Part shown: positions 1-8,374 of the stretch, in pieces
Layout of the letters: the number at the start of each line of letters is the position of its first letter
Numbering within the stretch: the first letter of the stretch is position 1
From: a virus
Strand: one strand, 5' to 3'
IMG/VR virus record: IMGVR_UViG_3300048904_000222
Location: 1 to 64,000 of that record
Length of the DNA: 64,000 nucleotides
The notes under the pieces: model-generated
The model's database searches: none
What the model was told of the DNA's origin: nothing
The model's input: only the letters and a program-made list of their open reading frames with translations
Made by a program: the position numbers and the translations under genes

Positions 1-1523
1 TGCGTAGCGGCAGGCTTCGGAGCTTCGATAGGCGGGAGGCCCCATGCGTCACGCAACTTCGGATCGCCTTTCAGCGCTGCCTGTTCTTCGTCCCACGACT
101 TCTTGGTAAGACCCTTGTCCACCAGCATACCGTGGATCGACTCGTAGCTGATCGGGAGGCCAGCATCCTTGCTGACGACGATCGCTTGAATTTCTTGACC
201 CGGAATGCTGAAGTCCGTGAACTCGAGGTTCGGGCTGACCTTGACATCTTCCGGGTTTTCGCCAAACCATTCCGCACCAATACGGAGAAGCTTTTGCAGC
301 CCAGCGGCCGCACTGAGCGCGATCGTGTTGAGCGTAGCCGTTTGGGCGGCAAGCCGCGTGCCAAGCGCTTGCCCGCTCTCCGCATTGCTCTTCATCTGGC
401 TAATGATCTGTCCGGACTTGGCGTTGGCAGCCTTTTCGTCGTTCTGCACCGCCTGCCGAAGCTCCGACAGCCCTTGGCTATTCACGCCAATGAACTTTGC
501 ATCGCCGCCGATAGGAACATAGATTGCTGCACCAGACCCGGTCCGAAGCGGCTTGTCTTCATTGAACTCGCCGCCAACAACCACGACTGTGTCTTGCCCC
601 TGCATGTACAGGTTCTGCCGGTAATCGGCTTCGGTTCGATACAGGGTGAGGCTGATATCGGCAAGGTCTTCAAGCGGCGGTTTTTCAACGTCCGACAGTG
701 TGTGCGTTGTGTTGATAATGACGAACGGGATCTTATTCAGATTCCTGCCGCTGATATTTGGAACAACCTGCGAACTCCACTTCGTGGGAACCGCTTGGTC
801 CTCGTACACCTGAACCGTGTAGTCGAACGTGTCTGCGTTGTCAACCGGTGCATCGCTATCGACGCTGCCAAGCGACAAGCAACGGTAACGGTATTTCAGT
901 TGCCAGTTGAACCCCTTGGTTCGCATGACAGACGATTCGTCAAGCAGAACCATACTCAGCTGGTTCACACCTTTGATCGCGTTGGTCTCTTCCCAGTTCG
1001 GAATCGCCTCGGCCTCGTAGGTTGCAATGAACGGAAATACGTTTGCTGGGTCTGTCGTATCGATGTCAAACAACAGACCGATACGGCCGGTCAGAAGTTG
1101 GGTCATCTTGATGCGACGGAACAGCGCATCAAGCGTTTCACCGTCTTTCGTTGCCTTTTCAAGCAACGATTGAAGCTTCGGGGTCAGCTGGAACGTGGAT
1201 GGTTTCTGCTCGAGCAGGCCGACGTTGGTCGAAACGCCTTGTTCCACGAACCCGTGAAATTTCGCACGCATGATGTATGCTGTGTAGGCTTTGCGCCCCA
1301 CATCGTTCGGCCCCATGCCATCCAGCACCATGCCAGCCGTCGGAGGCAGATATCGCTCACCTTGGCTTTTGACAGTGTCCTGCCCCGCATAGCAATGCCG
1401 CATTTTCTCCCATTTCGGAAGATACTCGGTGAACTGTGGGTTGCGGTACTGATCGTTGACGGTTCCCACACCCTGCGCCATTGCGGGCAGTACCGGGCCG
1501 ATGATGGTTGGAGGCGTGCTCAT
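1..1523 (-). CDS. Portal protein, partial (3' end lies beyond the left window edge)
   Basis: Not in the supplied track because it is open-ended. My reverse translation from ATG 1523 (2 nt after the terL stop) gives an uninterrupted frame to base 1 (MSTPPTIIGPVLPAMAQGVGTVNDQYRNPQFTEYLPKWEKMRHCYAGQDTVKSQGERYLPP...). Portal-like sequence in the canonical position after terminase. The 132..1583 + ORF is its antisense shadow. Confidence 0.75.
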   Translation of the reverse strand, partial: MSTPPTIIGPVLPAMAQGVGTVNDQYRNPQFTEYLPKWEKMRHCYAGQDTVKSQGERYLPPTAGMVLDGMGPNDVGRKAYTAYIMRAKFHGFVEQGVSTNVGLLEQKPSTFQLTPKLQSLLEKATKDGETLDALFRRIKMTQLLTGRIGLLFDIDTTDPANVFPFIATYEAEAIPNWEETNAIKGVNQLSMVLLDESSVMRTKGFNWQLKYRYRCLSLGSVDSDAPVDNADTFDYTVQVYEDQAVPTKWSSQVVPNISGRNLNKIPFVIINTTHTLSDVEKPPLEDLADISLTLYRTEADYRQNLYMQGQDTVVVVGGEFNEDKPLRTGSGAAIYVPIGGDAKFIGVNSQGLSELRQAVQNDEKAANAKSGQIISQMKSNAESGQALGTRLAAQTATLNTIALSAAAGLQKLLRIGAEWFGENPEDVKVSPNLEFTDFSIPGQEIQAIVVSKDAGLPISYESIHGMLVDKGLTKKSWDEEQAALKGDPKLRDAWGLPPIEAPKPAAT

Positions 1524-1525
1524 GT

Positions 1526-3061
1526 TTATGTCCCGTTTGTCGTACCGCTTCCGATAAGCGAACCTTCGTGGAGAACCCGATAGCGAGCTTCGTCGCCAAT
1601 GTGGTCTTCCGAATCCGTGTCAACGTCGTCCGGATCTGTTTCGTCGCGTGGCAGAACTGGTACGAGGTTCTTGAAGTACGTGCAATTCTTAAAAACGAAC
1701 ATGCCCGGCAAACGGCGCGGCAACGGGTTTCCTTGCTTGTCCACCGGATGCACATTGTTCAGCATCTGGCGCATAGCCGACCAACCCGCCTTTCGGCTTC
1801 CCGGGTTCTTGTTCGATCGTTGCCATTTTACACCAGGATACATCTGCCCATTAACTCTGACATTCTTCCCCATAAGCGCAGCCACGCTTTTGCCGTTGAG
1901 GCCGTCCCAGATACTGTTGTCGGCTGGCCCCGGAACCACACGCTTATAGATGCCCATATCAAGCTCGCGCTCGACAATGCCTTCGGCAATAACTTCTGGC
2001 GTAATACGGAGACCTTCATTCTCCTTGCCGCTTGTGCCATACCATTCAGCAATACGGAACAAGTCACCTTTGATAGTGCTCATCCACGTACCGTCAGGCA
2101 GCAGAACATCGCTGCCGTCACTGCGCGCCCACCAGCCCACACTGAACGGACGGCTTTCGCCGTGGTCGTAGCTACGATCGATCTTCCAGCTTGTGGGAAT
2201 CTTAAATGGTTCGACGTAGTTAAATTTCTCAATCCATACGTCGTCAAACATACCACCGGAAACTACATCCCAACTACCGCCAAGCCACGCCTTCTTTTTG
2301 TTCAGATCGGTCATCTTTTCCAGGTTTGCAACATAGATCGGGCTCAGGTATTTGTTCTCCTTATAAGACCCGAAAATGCGCGTCCTGGTAATGACAATGT
2401 CTTCCTTCTGTTGTGTCTGCGGGTTGAAAACGTCAGGCACAATTTCTCGATAAATCTTTCCCGGGATCTTGTTCGCAATGAACATGTTCTTGACCCAATT
2501 GTGGCCTGCGCCAAATGGGTTCGTCGTTGCAAACACTTCAAGCGGGATTGGCGGGAGCAGAACCTCGTTACCGGCTTCGTCTTCGATCGGATAATTCTCC
2601 GGCAAGAAAGACGAGCGATTACACGACATCATCTGCTCATACAGATGCGGAGTAGGGTACTTAGTAAGTTCGTTCCAACCAATGAAGGGGAACTCTTGAC
2701 CGTGATACCCCCAATAGTCGGAGTCCTTTTTGATGGCTCGGAACAGAAGTTCTTCGCCAGTGGGCCAGACCCAACGATAATCAGATTTCGACGCAAGGAA
2801 CTTTGCCCCGTCCTTGAATAGCGGAAACCACCGCATTGACTTGGCAACCAAGTCATCCAAGTTCTTGTATTCACGGTCAAAGATGATACCTCGCCAGAAA
2901 CCGCCGTACCCTCTTCCCACACGCATGCGGAACCGCATGAGCTGAGCATCGGTCTTTCCCGGGCCTCGGGAGCCGTCGTAGAGGATCTGTGTTGCCGGGC
3001 AAGACAGAGCGAGTGTCTGTGAGCCCGGCAACGGTTGCCATACAACACGAGGTCCAGCCAT
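1526..3061 (-). CDS. terL: Terminase large subunit
   Basis: 511-aa ORF with Walker-A-like DGSRGPGKTD near the N-terminus and the size and layout of phage TerL. The ATG overlaps the terS stop (TAATG) and the portal gene follows 2 nt downstream. Confidence 0.9.
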   Translation of the reverse strand: MAGPRVVWQPLPGSQTLALSCPATQILYDGSRGPGKTDAQLMRFRMRVGRGYGGFWRGIIFDREYKNLDDLVAKSMRWFPLFKDGAKFLASKSDYRWVWPTGEELLFRAIKKDSDYWGYHGQEFPFIGWNELTKYPTPHLYEQMMSCNRSSFLPENYPIEDEAGNEVLLPPIPLEVFATTNPFGAGHNWVKNMFIANKIPGKIYREIVPDVFNPQTQQKEDIVITRTRIFGSYKENKYLSPIYVANLEKMTDLNKKKAWLGGSWDVVSGGMFDDVWIEKFNYVEPFKIPTSWKIDRSYDHGESRPFSVGWWARSDGSDVLLPDGTWMSTIKGDLFRIAEWYGTSGKENEGLRITPEVIAEGIVERELDMGIYKRVVPGPADNSIWDGLNGKSVAALMGKNVRVNGQMYPGVKWQRSNKNPGSRKAGWSAMRQMLNNVHPVDKQGNPLPRRLPGMFVFKNCTYFKNLVPVLPRDETDPDDVDTDSEDHIGDEARYRVLHEGSLIGSGTTNGT

Positions 3062-3555
3062 TAGTCCGCCGCGTGTTTCGTGAGGGCTTCCTGGGATGCC
3101 ACAGCATCGGCCTCCCAGTTATCGAGCGAGACAATTCCTGGCACAACCATGACACCGCCGCGATTGGTAACGTCCACCTTCACAGGCTGATCCATCTTGC
3201 GCAGCGACGCCAGCTTGCCGAGCGCGGCAACACGGGCCGCGTGGCTGCTGCCGGGGCCGTAGTACGCGGCCTCCTTGCGCAAGGCAGCAATCAGTCGACG
3301 CTGCTCCTGATCAAGATTGCCGTTCACATCCTGTGCGTCTTCAAACTTCTGCACCTGCCGGTTGACATATGGGCAGTGTATGAACTTGACAGCGATGTCG
3401 CGAGCGAAATCCCCGGGATACCCGAGGCGACGCGTAGCAGCGACGGCATCGTAGTCGATGACGTACTGTTCCACAAATCGGTCTCGCAGCGTGATCTGTT
3501 CAGGCGGGAGGTTCAGTCCAACCAGATCGTCAGGGCTTTCAATCGTATCCGACAT
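3061..3555 (-). CDS. terS: Terminase small subunit (putative)
   Basis: Track ORF 3061..3600 trimmed to ATG 3555, just after the o-spanin stop at 3558; about 164 aa. N-terminal DNA-binding-like segment (RDRFVEQYVIDYDAVAATRRLGYP) resembles small terminases. Lies directly upstream of terL. Confidence 0.65.
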   Translation of the reverse strand: MSDTIESPDDLVGLNLPPEQITLRDRFVEQYVIDYDAVAATRRLGYPGDFARDIAVKFIHCPYVNRQVQKFEDAQDVNGNLDQEQRRLIAALRKEAAYYGPGSSHAARVAALGKLASLRKMDQPVKVDVTNRGGVMVVPGIVSLDNWEADAVASQEALTKHAAD

Positions 3556-3557
3556 AT

Positions 3558-3824
3558 TTATTTCGACTTTGTCGCTTTCGTTTTCGGTTTCCAACCGCAT
3601 CGGTCTGCACCGGTGCGGTTGTGCTTGTCAATCTGTCTGTACGTCTCCGGTGTGAGTTTGTCGTTGATCGGGTCGATGTAGATTGCTTCGTCCCAATCGC
3701 ATGCCGTGTCAACCTTCACCGTTTTCACGACAACCTCCGGCGGCACCGGAGGCGGTGGCGGCGGGCAAGTCTTGCAACCTGCCAAAACTGCCGCTACACT
3801 AACGAGACCAATTCGAGCCCACAT
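3558..3824 (-). CDS. o-spanin (outer-membrane lipoprotein, Rz1-like)
   Basis: 88 aa with a signal sequence and lipobox LAGC followed by a proline-rich stretch (CPPPPPPVPP). The start overlaps the 3' end of the i-spanin gene by 26 nt, as in an overlapped spanin pair. Confidence 0.8.
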   Translation of the reverse strand: MWARIGLVSVAAVLAGCKTCPPPPPPVPPEVVVKTVKVDTACDWDEAIYIDPINDKLTPETYRQIDKHNRTGADRCGWKPKTKATKSK

Positions 3825-4125
3825 CTTTCTTCACCTCTTCGTCAGTCATTTGGTCGACTTGCTGCTTGACATCGACCGCCTGTTGCTTGGCGTCCAGGTG
3901 CGCTTGTGCTTCTTCCTGCGCGGCCTGCGCAGTGGCCGCCGTGTTTTCTGCTTGGCGCTGCGCGGCCTGCGCTGCCTGTACCTTGCTTTCGGCCTGCCCG
4001 CTGGCCTGCGCTGCGCCTGCGCTCTTGCCCCGCTGCCAGCCTAGTACACCTACGGCAAGCGCGCCGAGAGCCCCTAGCAGCCATTTCCACAGGCCCGTCG
4101 CAAATAATGCTGCCAGAATACTCAT
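3799..4125 (-). CDS. i-spanin (Rz-like)
   Basis: 108 aa with an N-terminal TMD (ILAALFATGLWKWLLGALGALAVGVLGW) followed by an Ala/Gln/Glu-rich coiled-coil-like periplasmic part. Lies directly after the endolysin gene. Confidence 0.75.
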   Translation of the reverse strand: MSILAALFATGLWKWLLGALGALAVGVLGWQRGKSAGAAQASGQAESKVQAAQAAQRQAENTAATAQAAQEEAQAHLDAKQQAVDVKQQVDQMTDEEVKKDVGSNWSR

Positions 4126-4145
4126 ATCAAGCTCCTACATCGAAG

Positions 4146-4703
4146 TTACACACCGCCAAATGCGCGGTTCAGCTGCCAGCCGTATTCGAACGTCTCCTGT
4201 GAAGGCGTCTTTTCAGCCAGTTCAATATAAAACACCGATTGCAGGGATTGAACCATGCCGCGAATCACTTTGACACCGTCGGTTCCACGCTTTCCCACAA
4301 GCGAGCGCAACGCGCCGATTGTGGCTGGGCCTAGCGCACCGTCGACGGTTACGTCCGGGTAATCCTTGCCCTGCTGGTTCAGGACGTTCAACGCCCGTTG
4401 TAGAGCTTGGACGGGCCGACTTGGGCCGGAGTTCACGCCCCAATCGAACATGCGGTAGGCCAATACCGAATCGATTGCGTCGATCTGATCCCATTTCGGC
4501 TTGATCCAGAATTCCTTCATGTAGACGTTGTATGCTTCGTCATACATGCAGGTTTCGACGGACCGACCGGGATAGTACTTGGAGAACATCACCTGCGTGA
4601 CGCCCCATTTGGTCGGGCCGCCACGGTCGACAGGATTGTTCGTATATGCGGACCCTTCTTTCAGGATCGTGGATACGATAGCCTTCTCCGCTTGCGGATT
4701 CAC
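4146..4703 (-). CDS. Endolysin (GH108-type N-terminal domain plus peptidoglycan-binding C-terminal domain)
   Basis: Track ORF 4146..4916 trimmed to GTG 4703, which overlaps the holin stop (GTGA) and is preceded by GGAGAC. The product VNPQAEKAIVSTILKEGSAYTNNPVDRGGPTKWGVT... matches the EGG-x-DxGGxTxxG(I/V)T pattern of GH108 lysozymes. The discarded N-terminal extension is Arg/Ala-rich nonsense overlapping the holin gene. Confidence 0.85.
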   Translation of the reverse strand: MNPQAEKAIVSTILKEGSAYTNNPVDRGGPTKWGVTQVMFSKYYPGRSVETCMYDEAYNVYMKEFWIKPKWDQIDAIDSVLAYRMFDWGVNSGPSRPVQALQRALNVLNQQGKDYPDVTVDGALGPATIGALRSLVGKRGTDGVKVIRGMVQSLQSVFYIELAEKTPSQETFEYGWQLNRAFGGV

Positions 4704-4978
4704 TGTGGGTCTCCGGCCGGATCTTGCGGTTGGTCTTTCGGTTCCAGTTTGACGCGGATCAGTCGCGCGACGAGTGTGGTCACCAGCGCCAGCGCACCCA
4801 CCCAGCGCGTGGTCCCGCTCGGCAGCGCGTCTTTCAGGTCTTGGGGAATTTGGTGCCAGACATCGAGCAGCGTCGGCCCGAAAATGAAGAATGCGCTCCA
4901 CGCGCCAGCAAACCACACGGAGCTACTACGCTTGAGCCGCGAGACTTCAGCGGCGAGCTCGATTCGGATACGGTTCAT
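4700..4978 (-). CDS. Holin (two predicted TMDs)
   Basis: 92 aa with two hydrophobic segments (VWFAGAWSAFFIFGPTLL; WVGALALVTTLVARLI) and a charged C-terminus. Lies immediately upstream of, and is translationally coupled to, the endolysin gene. Confidence 0.7.
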   Translation of the reverse strand: MNRIRIELAAEVSRLKRSSSVWFAGAWSAFFIFGPTLLDVWHQIPQDLKDALPSGTTRWVGALALVTTLVARLIRVKLEPKDQPQDPAGDPQ

Positions 4979-5294
4979 TCTGTTGGCCCCTTACAAAGCC
5001 GCCGTTGACGGCCCCGTTGAACATGAGTTGGTCGATCTTGTTGTTGAGATCCCGCAACTGGCTGATAACTTCGGATCGCATTTCGGTTTGAGACGCTTCA
5101 ATCCGGCGGAAATGGTCTTCCTGGCTTGTGTTGACTTGCTCGATAAGCGATACACGGCTTTGCAGGTCTTTAATCTGCGTCACACCGTAATACGCAATAC
5201 TTGCAAGCGTGGTAACGACGGCGATAATCGTGGGGAGATTAACCGTCCCATCGAACCAATTTCTGCGGGTTGGATTTTGCGATGGTGTGCTCAA
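4947..5294 (-). CDS. Membrane-anchored coiled-coil protein (possible lysis regulator)
   Basis: 115 aa with a single TMD (LPTIIAVVTTLASIAYYGV) followed by a heptad-like segment. Overlaps the holin start by 32 nt. Confidence 0.5.
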   Translation of the reverse strand: MSTPSQNPTRRNWFDGTVNLPTIIAVVTTLASIAYYGVTQIKDLQSRVSLIEQVNTSQEDHFRRIEASQTEMRSEVISQLRDLNNKIDQLMFNGAVNGGFVRGQQNEPYPNRARR

Positions 5295-5351
5295 AATAAA
5301 ACCTCCGTAGCGATTGCCAGGAGGTTACGATATTTAACAGTTAAATTCGTA

Positions 5352-5846
5352 TCAATCAACGGCCGGGAGCGCCATGAGGCGTTCGAATTCACGGGCTTGC
5401 AACAACCGCCGCACGCGTTCCTGGTAATAATCGAGAAAATCGTCCCAGGATAATTCCACACGCACCTTTTTCCACATCGGATCGCAGTTCTCCACGCAGG
5501 GTGCCGGGTATTGCATCCAGGTGTACATGACCACACGCCGTGGCTGACGGCTCTGTCTGAAGATCAGCACCGGTTCTTGCTGGGCGCGTTGCGCGGAGAG
5601 CTCCGTTTGCTTCCACCACGTATTGACGGAAAGGGCTTCCTGGCGCTTGATTTCGATTGCCAGACCCCATGTGTTCGTCAGGTCGCATCCGCCAACAGCC
5701 GTCTGAATCTGATTGCGTTGCGCACCATCGTCCGCCCAGCTGAATGGCATATTGCACGCCTTAAATGCCAAAGACGCTCGATAATTCAGAGCGTCTGCAA
5801 CTTCTCGTTCTTCCCCTGCACCCTTAGCACGGATGTTGATTGCCAT
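5352..5846 (-). CDS. PD-(D/E)XK nuclease, Hjc-like Holliday-junction resolvase candidate
   Basis: 164 aa with KGAGEEREVADAL near the N-terminus and GGCDL...LAIEIKRQE (a D...ExK motif), resembling archaeal Hjc and phage resolvases. Confidence 0.55.
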   Translation of the reverse strand: MAINIRAKGAGEEREVADALNYRASLAFKACNMPFSWADDGAQRNQIQTAVGGCDLTNTWGLAIEIKRQEALSVNTWWKQTELSAQRAQQEPVLIFRQSRQPRRVVMYTWMQYPAPCVENCDPMWKKVRVELSWDDFLDYYQERVRRLLQAREFERLMALPAVD

Positions 5847-5982
5847 GTTTCTGGACCTCTTTTATGAATGCTGCAAAATTGACAATTGCGAACAGCACTC
5901 CCATCACGCCGAGTCCTGAAATTGGCAAACTTGCGCCAAGCAATGTTCCAGACAAAAACAGGTTCAAGTGATAGGAGTGCAT
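5824..5982 (-). CDS. Small membrane protein (52 aa)
   Basis: Hand-found ORF below the track's 60-aa cut-off. ATG 5982 is preceded by AAGGAG at 5-nt spacing. Product MHSYHLNLFLSGTLLGASLPISGLGVMGVLFAIVNFAAFIKEVQKHGNQHPC is hydrophobic. Its 3' end overlaps the nuclease start by 23 nt. Confidence 0.45.
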   Translation of the reverse strand: MHSYHLNLFLSGTLLGASLPISGLGVMGVLFAIVNFAAFIKEVQKHGNQHPC

Positions 5983-5991
5983 GACTGCTCC

Positions 5992-6501
5992 TTACTGGCC
6001 GGACACCTTGTAATTTTCCGGCTGGTCGTCGGTTCGAGAATGCATGGATTTCGGCTTTCGGTTGCAGGTGAAACCAGCGTCGCGCATGGCATTGTAAACC
6101 TCTTCGCTGATTTGGCACCGGACCCCGATAGCCGCCGTTTGCAGCGCGGCCGCATTCTTGGCATCGATCGTGGATTGCCGAGCCAATTCAGCGGCCGCAA
6201 CCTCCAGCACGCACGACGGGCTGTCCTTGCTTGCGCCGCCCGCGATGCTGAAACCTGCAACGGCGACGCCTGCCTGCGCAGTGCTTGCGCAGTTCATCTG
6301 TGAGAAACTCGACGCATACGCGCCGAGGATCGGTGCGCTGACGTTTCGAATCGTCTGCGACGTATGCTCCGGCGTCTGCGAAAACTGAATGCTGCCTTGT
6401 GCAACAGACTGCGAAGTTGCTTCCTGTTGCGCACTGGAACTTGCCGCTTGCGCGAATGCCAGTGACGGGAACAAGAGTGCCGTGAACAGAATCTTTTTCA
6501 T
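5992..6501 (-). CDS. Secreted protein of unknown function (Sec signal peptide, 4 Cys)
   Basis: 169 aa starting MKKILFTALLFPSLAFA-QA, a classical signal peptide. The mature part is Ala/Ser/Gln-rich with four cysteines. Confidence 0.7.
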   Translation of the reverse strand: MKKILFTALLFPSLAFAQAASSSAQQEATSQSVAQGSIQFSQTPEHTSQTIRNVSAPILGAYASSFSQMNCASTAQAGVAVAGFSIAGGASKDSPSCVLEVAAAELARQSTIDAKNAAALQTAAIGVRCQISEEVYNAMRDAGFTCNRKPKSMHSRTDDQPENYKVSGQ

Positions 6502-6528
6502 GGAATGCCTCAGGTCTTAGTTTGTGAA

Positions 6529-6625
6529 CAGGCGGCAGACGGCAGGGTACTTCTCTCGGGGCTACACACGTGCTGGCTAAATTATGGAACTTAATCCAAC
6601 CGAGAACCCTGCCGACTGCCGCCTG
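6529..6625. promoter_or_regulatory. Long imperfect inverted repeat (20-nt arms, 1 mismatch) between two exported-protein genes
   Basis: CAGGCGGCAGACGGCAGGGT (6529-6548) pairs with ACCCTGCCGACTGCCGCCTG (6606-6625). Inner TCTCGG/CCGAGA can extend the stem. Lies between the stop at 6658 and the start at 6501. Confidence 0.6.
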
Positions 6626-6657
6626 ATCTTTCTTCTAGCGGTCAGACCGCCGACGAC

Positions 6658-7140
6658 TTACTTCGCGTAGGAATACGTTCCGGCACTGTAGCCGTATGCC
6701 GTGTAATCCACGCCGACGCCACCCTTGCTGTCGCCGTAGCCGTTTCCGTCCGTCGACCCCGTGCTGTAGCTGTACGTGCCCGATTGGCCGAATGCACCGG
6801 ACATGCTGCCGCCAGCGCCGATGCCACCGGCGTCGCTGCCGTTGCCCGAGTTGCCGTAGTGGTTGCCGTTGCCATTGTTCGTGTTGCCGCTGCCGGTGCC
6901 CGCGTACCCGCCGAGCGAAGCCGTGCCACCGAACGCGACGCCGTAACCGCTGGAGGTGCTGAACTGCGTCGACGTGCCGTTGCCGTACTGACCGGATTCG
7001 GCCATCGAGCCGCCGGACAGCGACACGCTGGAGCCGTAGCCGCCTGCGTTGGTGAACGCATCGGTAGCGAATGCCGGGAATGCTGCGCCGAACATGAACG
7101 CCATTGCTGCGAATGTGAGTGCCTTGAACATCTTTTTCAT
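6658..7140 (-). CDS. Secreted Gly/Ser/Tyr/Asn/Thr-rich low-complexity protein
   Basis: 160 aa with signal peptide MKKMFKALTFAAMAFMFGAAFPAFA-TD. The mature ~135 aa are almost entirely G, S, Y, N, T and A (e.g. GGYGSSVSLSGG, GNTNNGNGNHYGNSGNGSDAGG, TAYGYSAGTYSYAK). Confidence 0.7.
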   Translation of the reverse strand: MKKMFKALTFAAMAFMFGAAFPAFATDAFTNAGGYGSSVSLSGGSMAESGQYGNGTSTQFSTSSGYGVAFGGTASLGGYAGTGSGNTNNGNGNHYGNSGNGSDAGGIGAGGSMSGAFGQSGTYSYSTGSTDGNGYGDSKGGVGVDYTAYGYSAGTYSYAK

Positions 7141-7238
7141 TTGTGGATCTCCTGGATTGTTTGTGCAGTAGCCGCTGCACCGGTGAACAAATAGTACCGC
7201 AACACAACTGAACTACTTTACATCTGAACCATCGATAT

Positions 7239-7736
7239 TCAGTGCTGCACAACAATTACGTGATTGTACGGATCGACCGGCGCAACGCACTTCGAAGGCG
7301 GAACTTGCATAGGTTCGCCAACAAGGCGCAGACGCAGTGTGGTCACCTTTGATGCACCTGACGGCACTCGGTCGAGCCAGCGCACGTGAACTTTCCCATC
7401 GCGCTGGGTATAGCACGCGTCATATTGACGACGCGGGGTCTTCGCGCCAGTCATGGAAACGGCCACGGCTGCGGATTCGCCTTCAGCACACGCAGGGGCG
7501 TCTGGCGCGGCATGTAACCACACCTGTGTACAGCCGACGTACAGGTTCTGGTCCGGGTCTACATGAAACTTCTCCGCGTCATACAGGCGCTGAGCCTGCG
7601 CGCGAAGCTGATCCTGCTCGGCTTGCTGCACGTACTGAAACGCCTGCGGGCTTGTTGCAAGCGGGTGCGTTGGATTGGGCGCGACACAACCGGTCAGGAC
7701 TGGCGCAGCCAACAGAGCGAAGATCAGGCGTTTCAT
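7239..7736 (-). CDS. Lipoprotein of unknown function
   Basis: 165 aa starting MKRLIFALLAAPVLTGC, a signal peptide plus lipobox. Confidence 0.7.
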   Translation of the reverse strand: MKRLIFALLAAPVLTGCVAPNPTHPLATSPQAFQYVQQAEQDQLRAQAQRLYDAEKFHVDPDQNLYVGCTQVWLHAAPDAPACAEGESAAVAVSMTGAKTPRRQYDACYTQRDGKVHVRWLDRVPSGASKVTTLRLRLVGEPMQVPPSKCVAPVDPYNHVIVVQH

Positions 7737-7737
7737 T

Positions 7738-7941
7738 TTAGTTCTCCTTCAAACTTTCAAGACAGGCCGACAGCGTCAGCTGCGGCGGCTTTTCGTATTC
7801 ACGTTCGTAGAGCATGTTGCGTTGGCGCAGGGCCGACAAGCGCAATTCGTTGCGCAGGCGAAGCGCCTTATGTTCTTCGTGCTGCCCGATCAATTTCATA
7901 TGGCGAACCGGGCCGCGCATCAGTTTGAACATGTCCAGCAT
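7738..7941 (-). CDS. Hypothetical protein (67 aa)
   Basis: Track ORF. Its stop lies 1 nt before the lipoprotein start. Charged and helical-looking. Confidence 0.45.
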   Translation of the reverse strand: MLDMFKLMRGPVRHMKLIGQHEEHKALRLRNELRLSALRQRNMLYEREYEKPPQLTLSACLESLKEN

Positions 7942-7981
7942 CTTTGCTCTCCTTAGTTGGTTGCTGTGACTAAACTATACA

Positions 7982-8374
7982 CTACGTCCGATAGCCTTGC
8001 AACTCCAACGCAGCCCACATGACTTGTTGTGTCAGCCACTGAATTGAATAAGCTTCGAATTCCCGCGAGGGATGGCTTTCACCAAGCCTTTCACAGATTT
8101 CCTGCCAGATATGTACGCATTCATGAACGACAAGCCCTGCGAATTCCACAACAGTCGTTTCGTCGCGCACGCGCATGCAGAATACTGTAACGTAATCGCG
8201 TTCGGGCTTACCTTCGAAATGATGAACTGTCGCGTCTTTACCGTCGGCGACCCATTTCGGGATATCCGTAATGTTCATCTGCTTCATGACCTTCATATAC
8301 TGCTTTTCGGTCATGCAGACGGCAACCTTTAAAGGGTTGCCAACGAGGTCAGGGGCTAACCACTTTGCTTTCAT
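7982..8374 (-). CDS. HExxH-motif protein (putative small metallopeptidase)
   Basis: Track ORF 7982..8488 trimmed to ATG 8374, which overlaps the stop of the upstream 54-aa ORF (ATGA). 130 aa with the zinc-protease-like motif VVHECVHIWQE. Confidence 0.5.
   Translation of the reverse strand: MKAKWLAPDLVGNPLKVAVCMTEKQYMKVMKQMNITDIPKWVADGKDATVHHFEGKPERDYVTVFCMRVRDETTVVEFAGLVVHECVHIWQEICERLGESHPSREFEAYSIQWLTQQVMWAALELQGYRT

Noticed and set aside
132-1583. 483-aa plus-strand ORF, the longest ORF listed at the left end
   Set aside because: Its translation is Arg/Leu/Val-rich with no recognisable motifs or RBS. It lies exactly antisense to an uninterrupted portal-like frame (1..1523, minus strand) that sits 2 nt after terL. 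I treat it as a GC-rich antisense shadow.
4704-4916. N-terminal extension of the endolysin ORF (256-aa version starting at 4916)
   Set aside because: The extension is Arg/Ala-rich nonsense and overlaps the holin gene out of frame. A GTG at 4703 with an upstream GGAGAC and a GTGA overlap with the holin stop gives a canonical GH108-type N-terminus.
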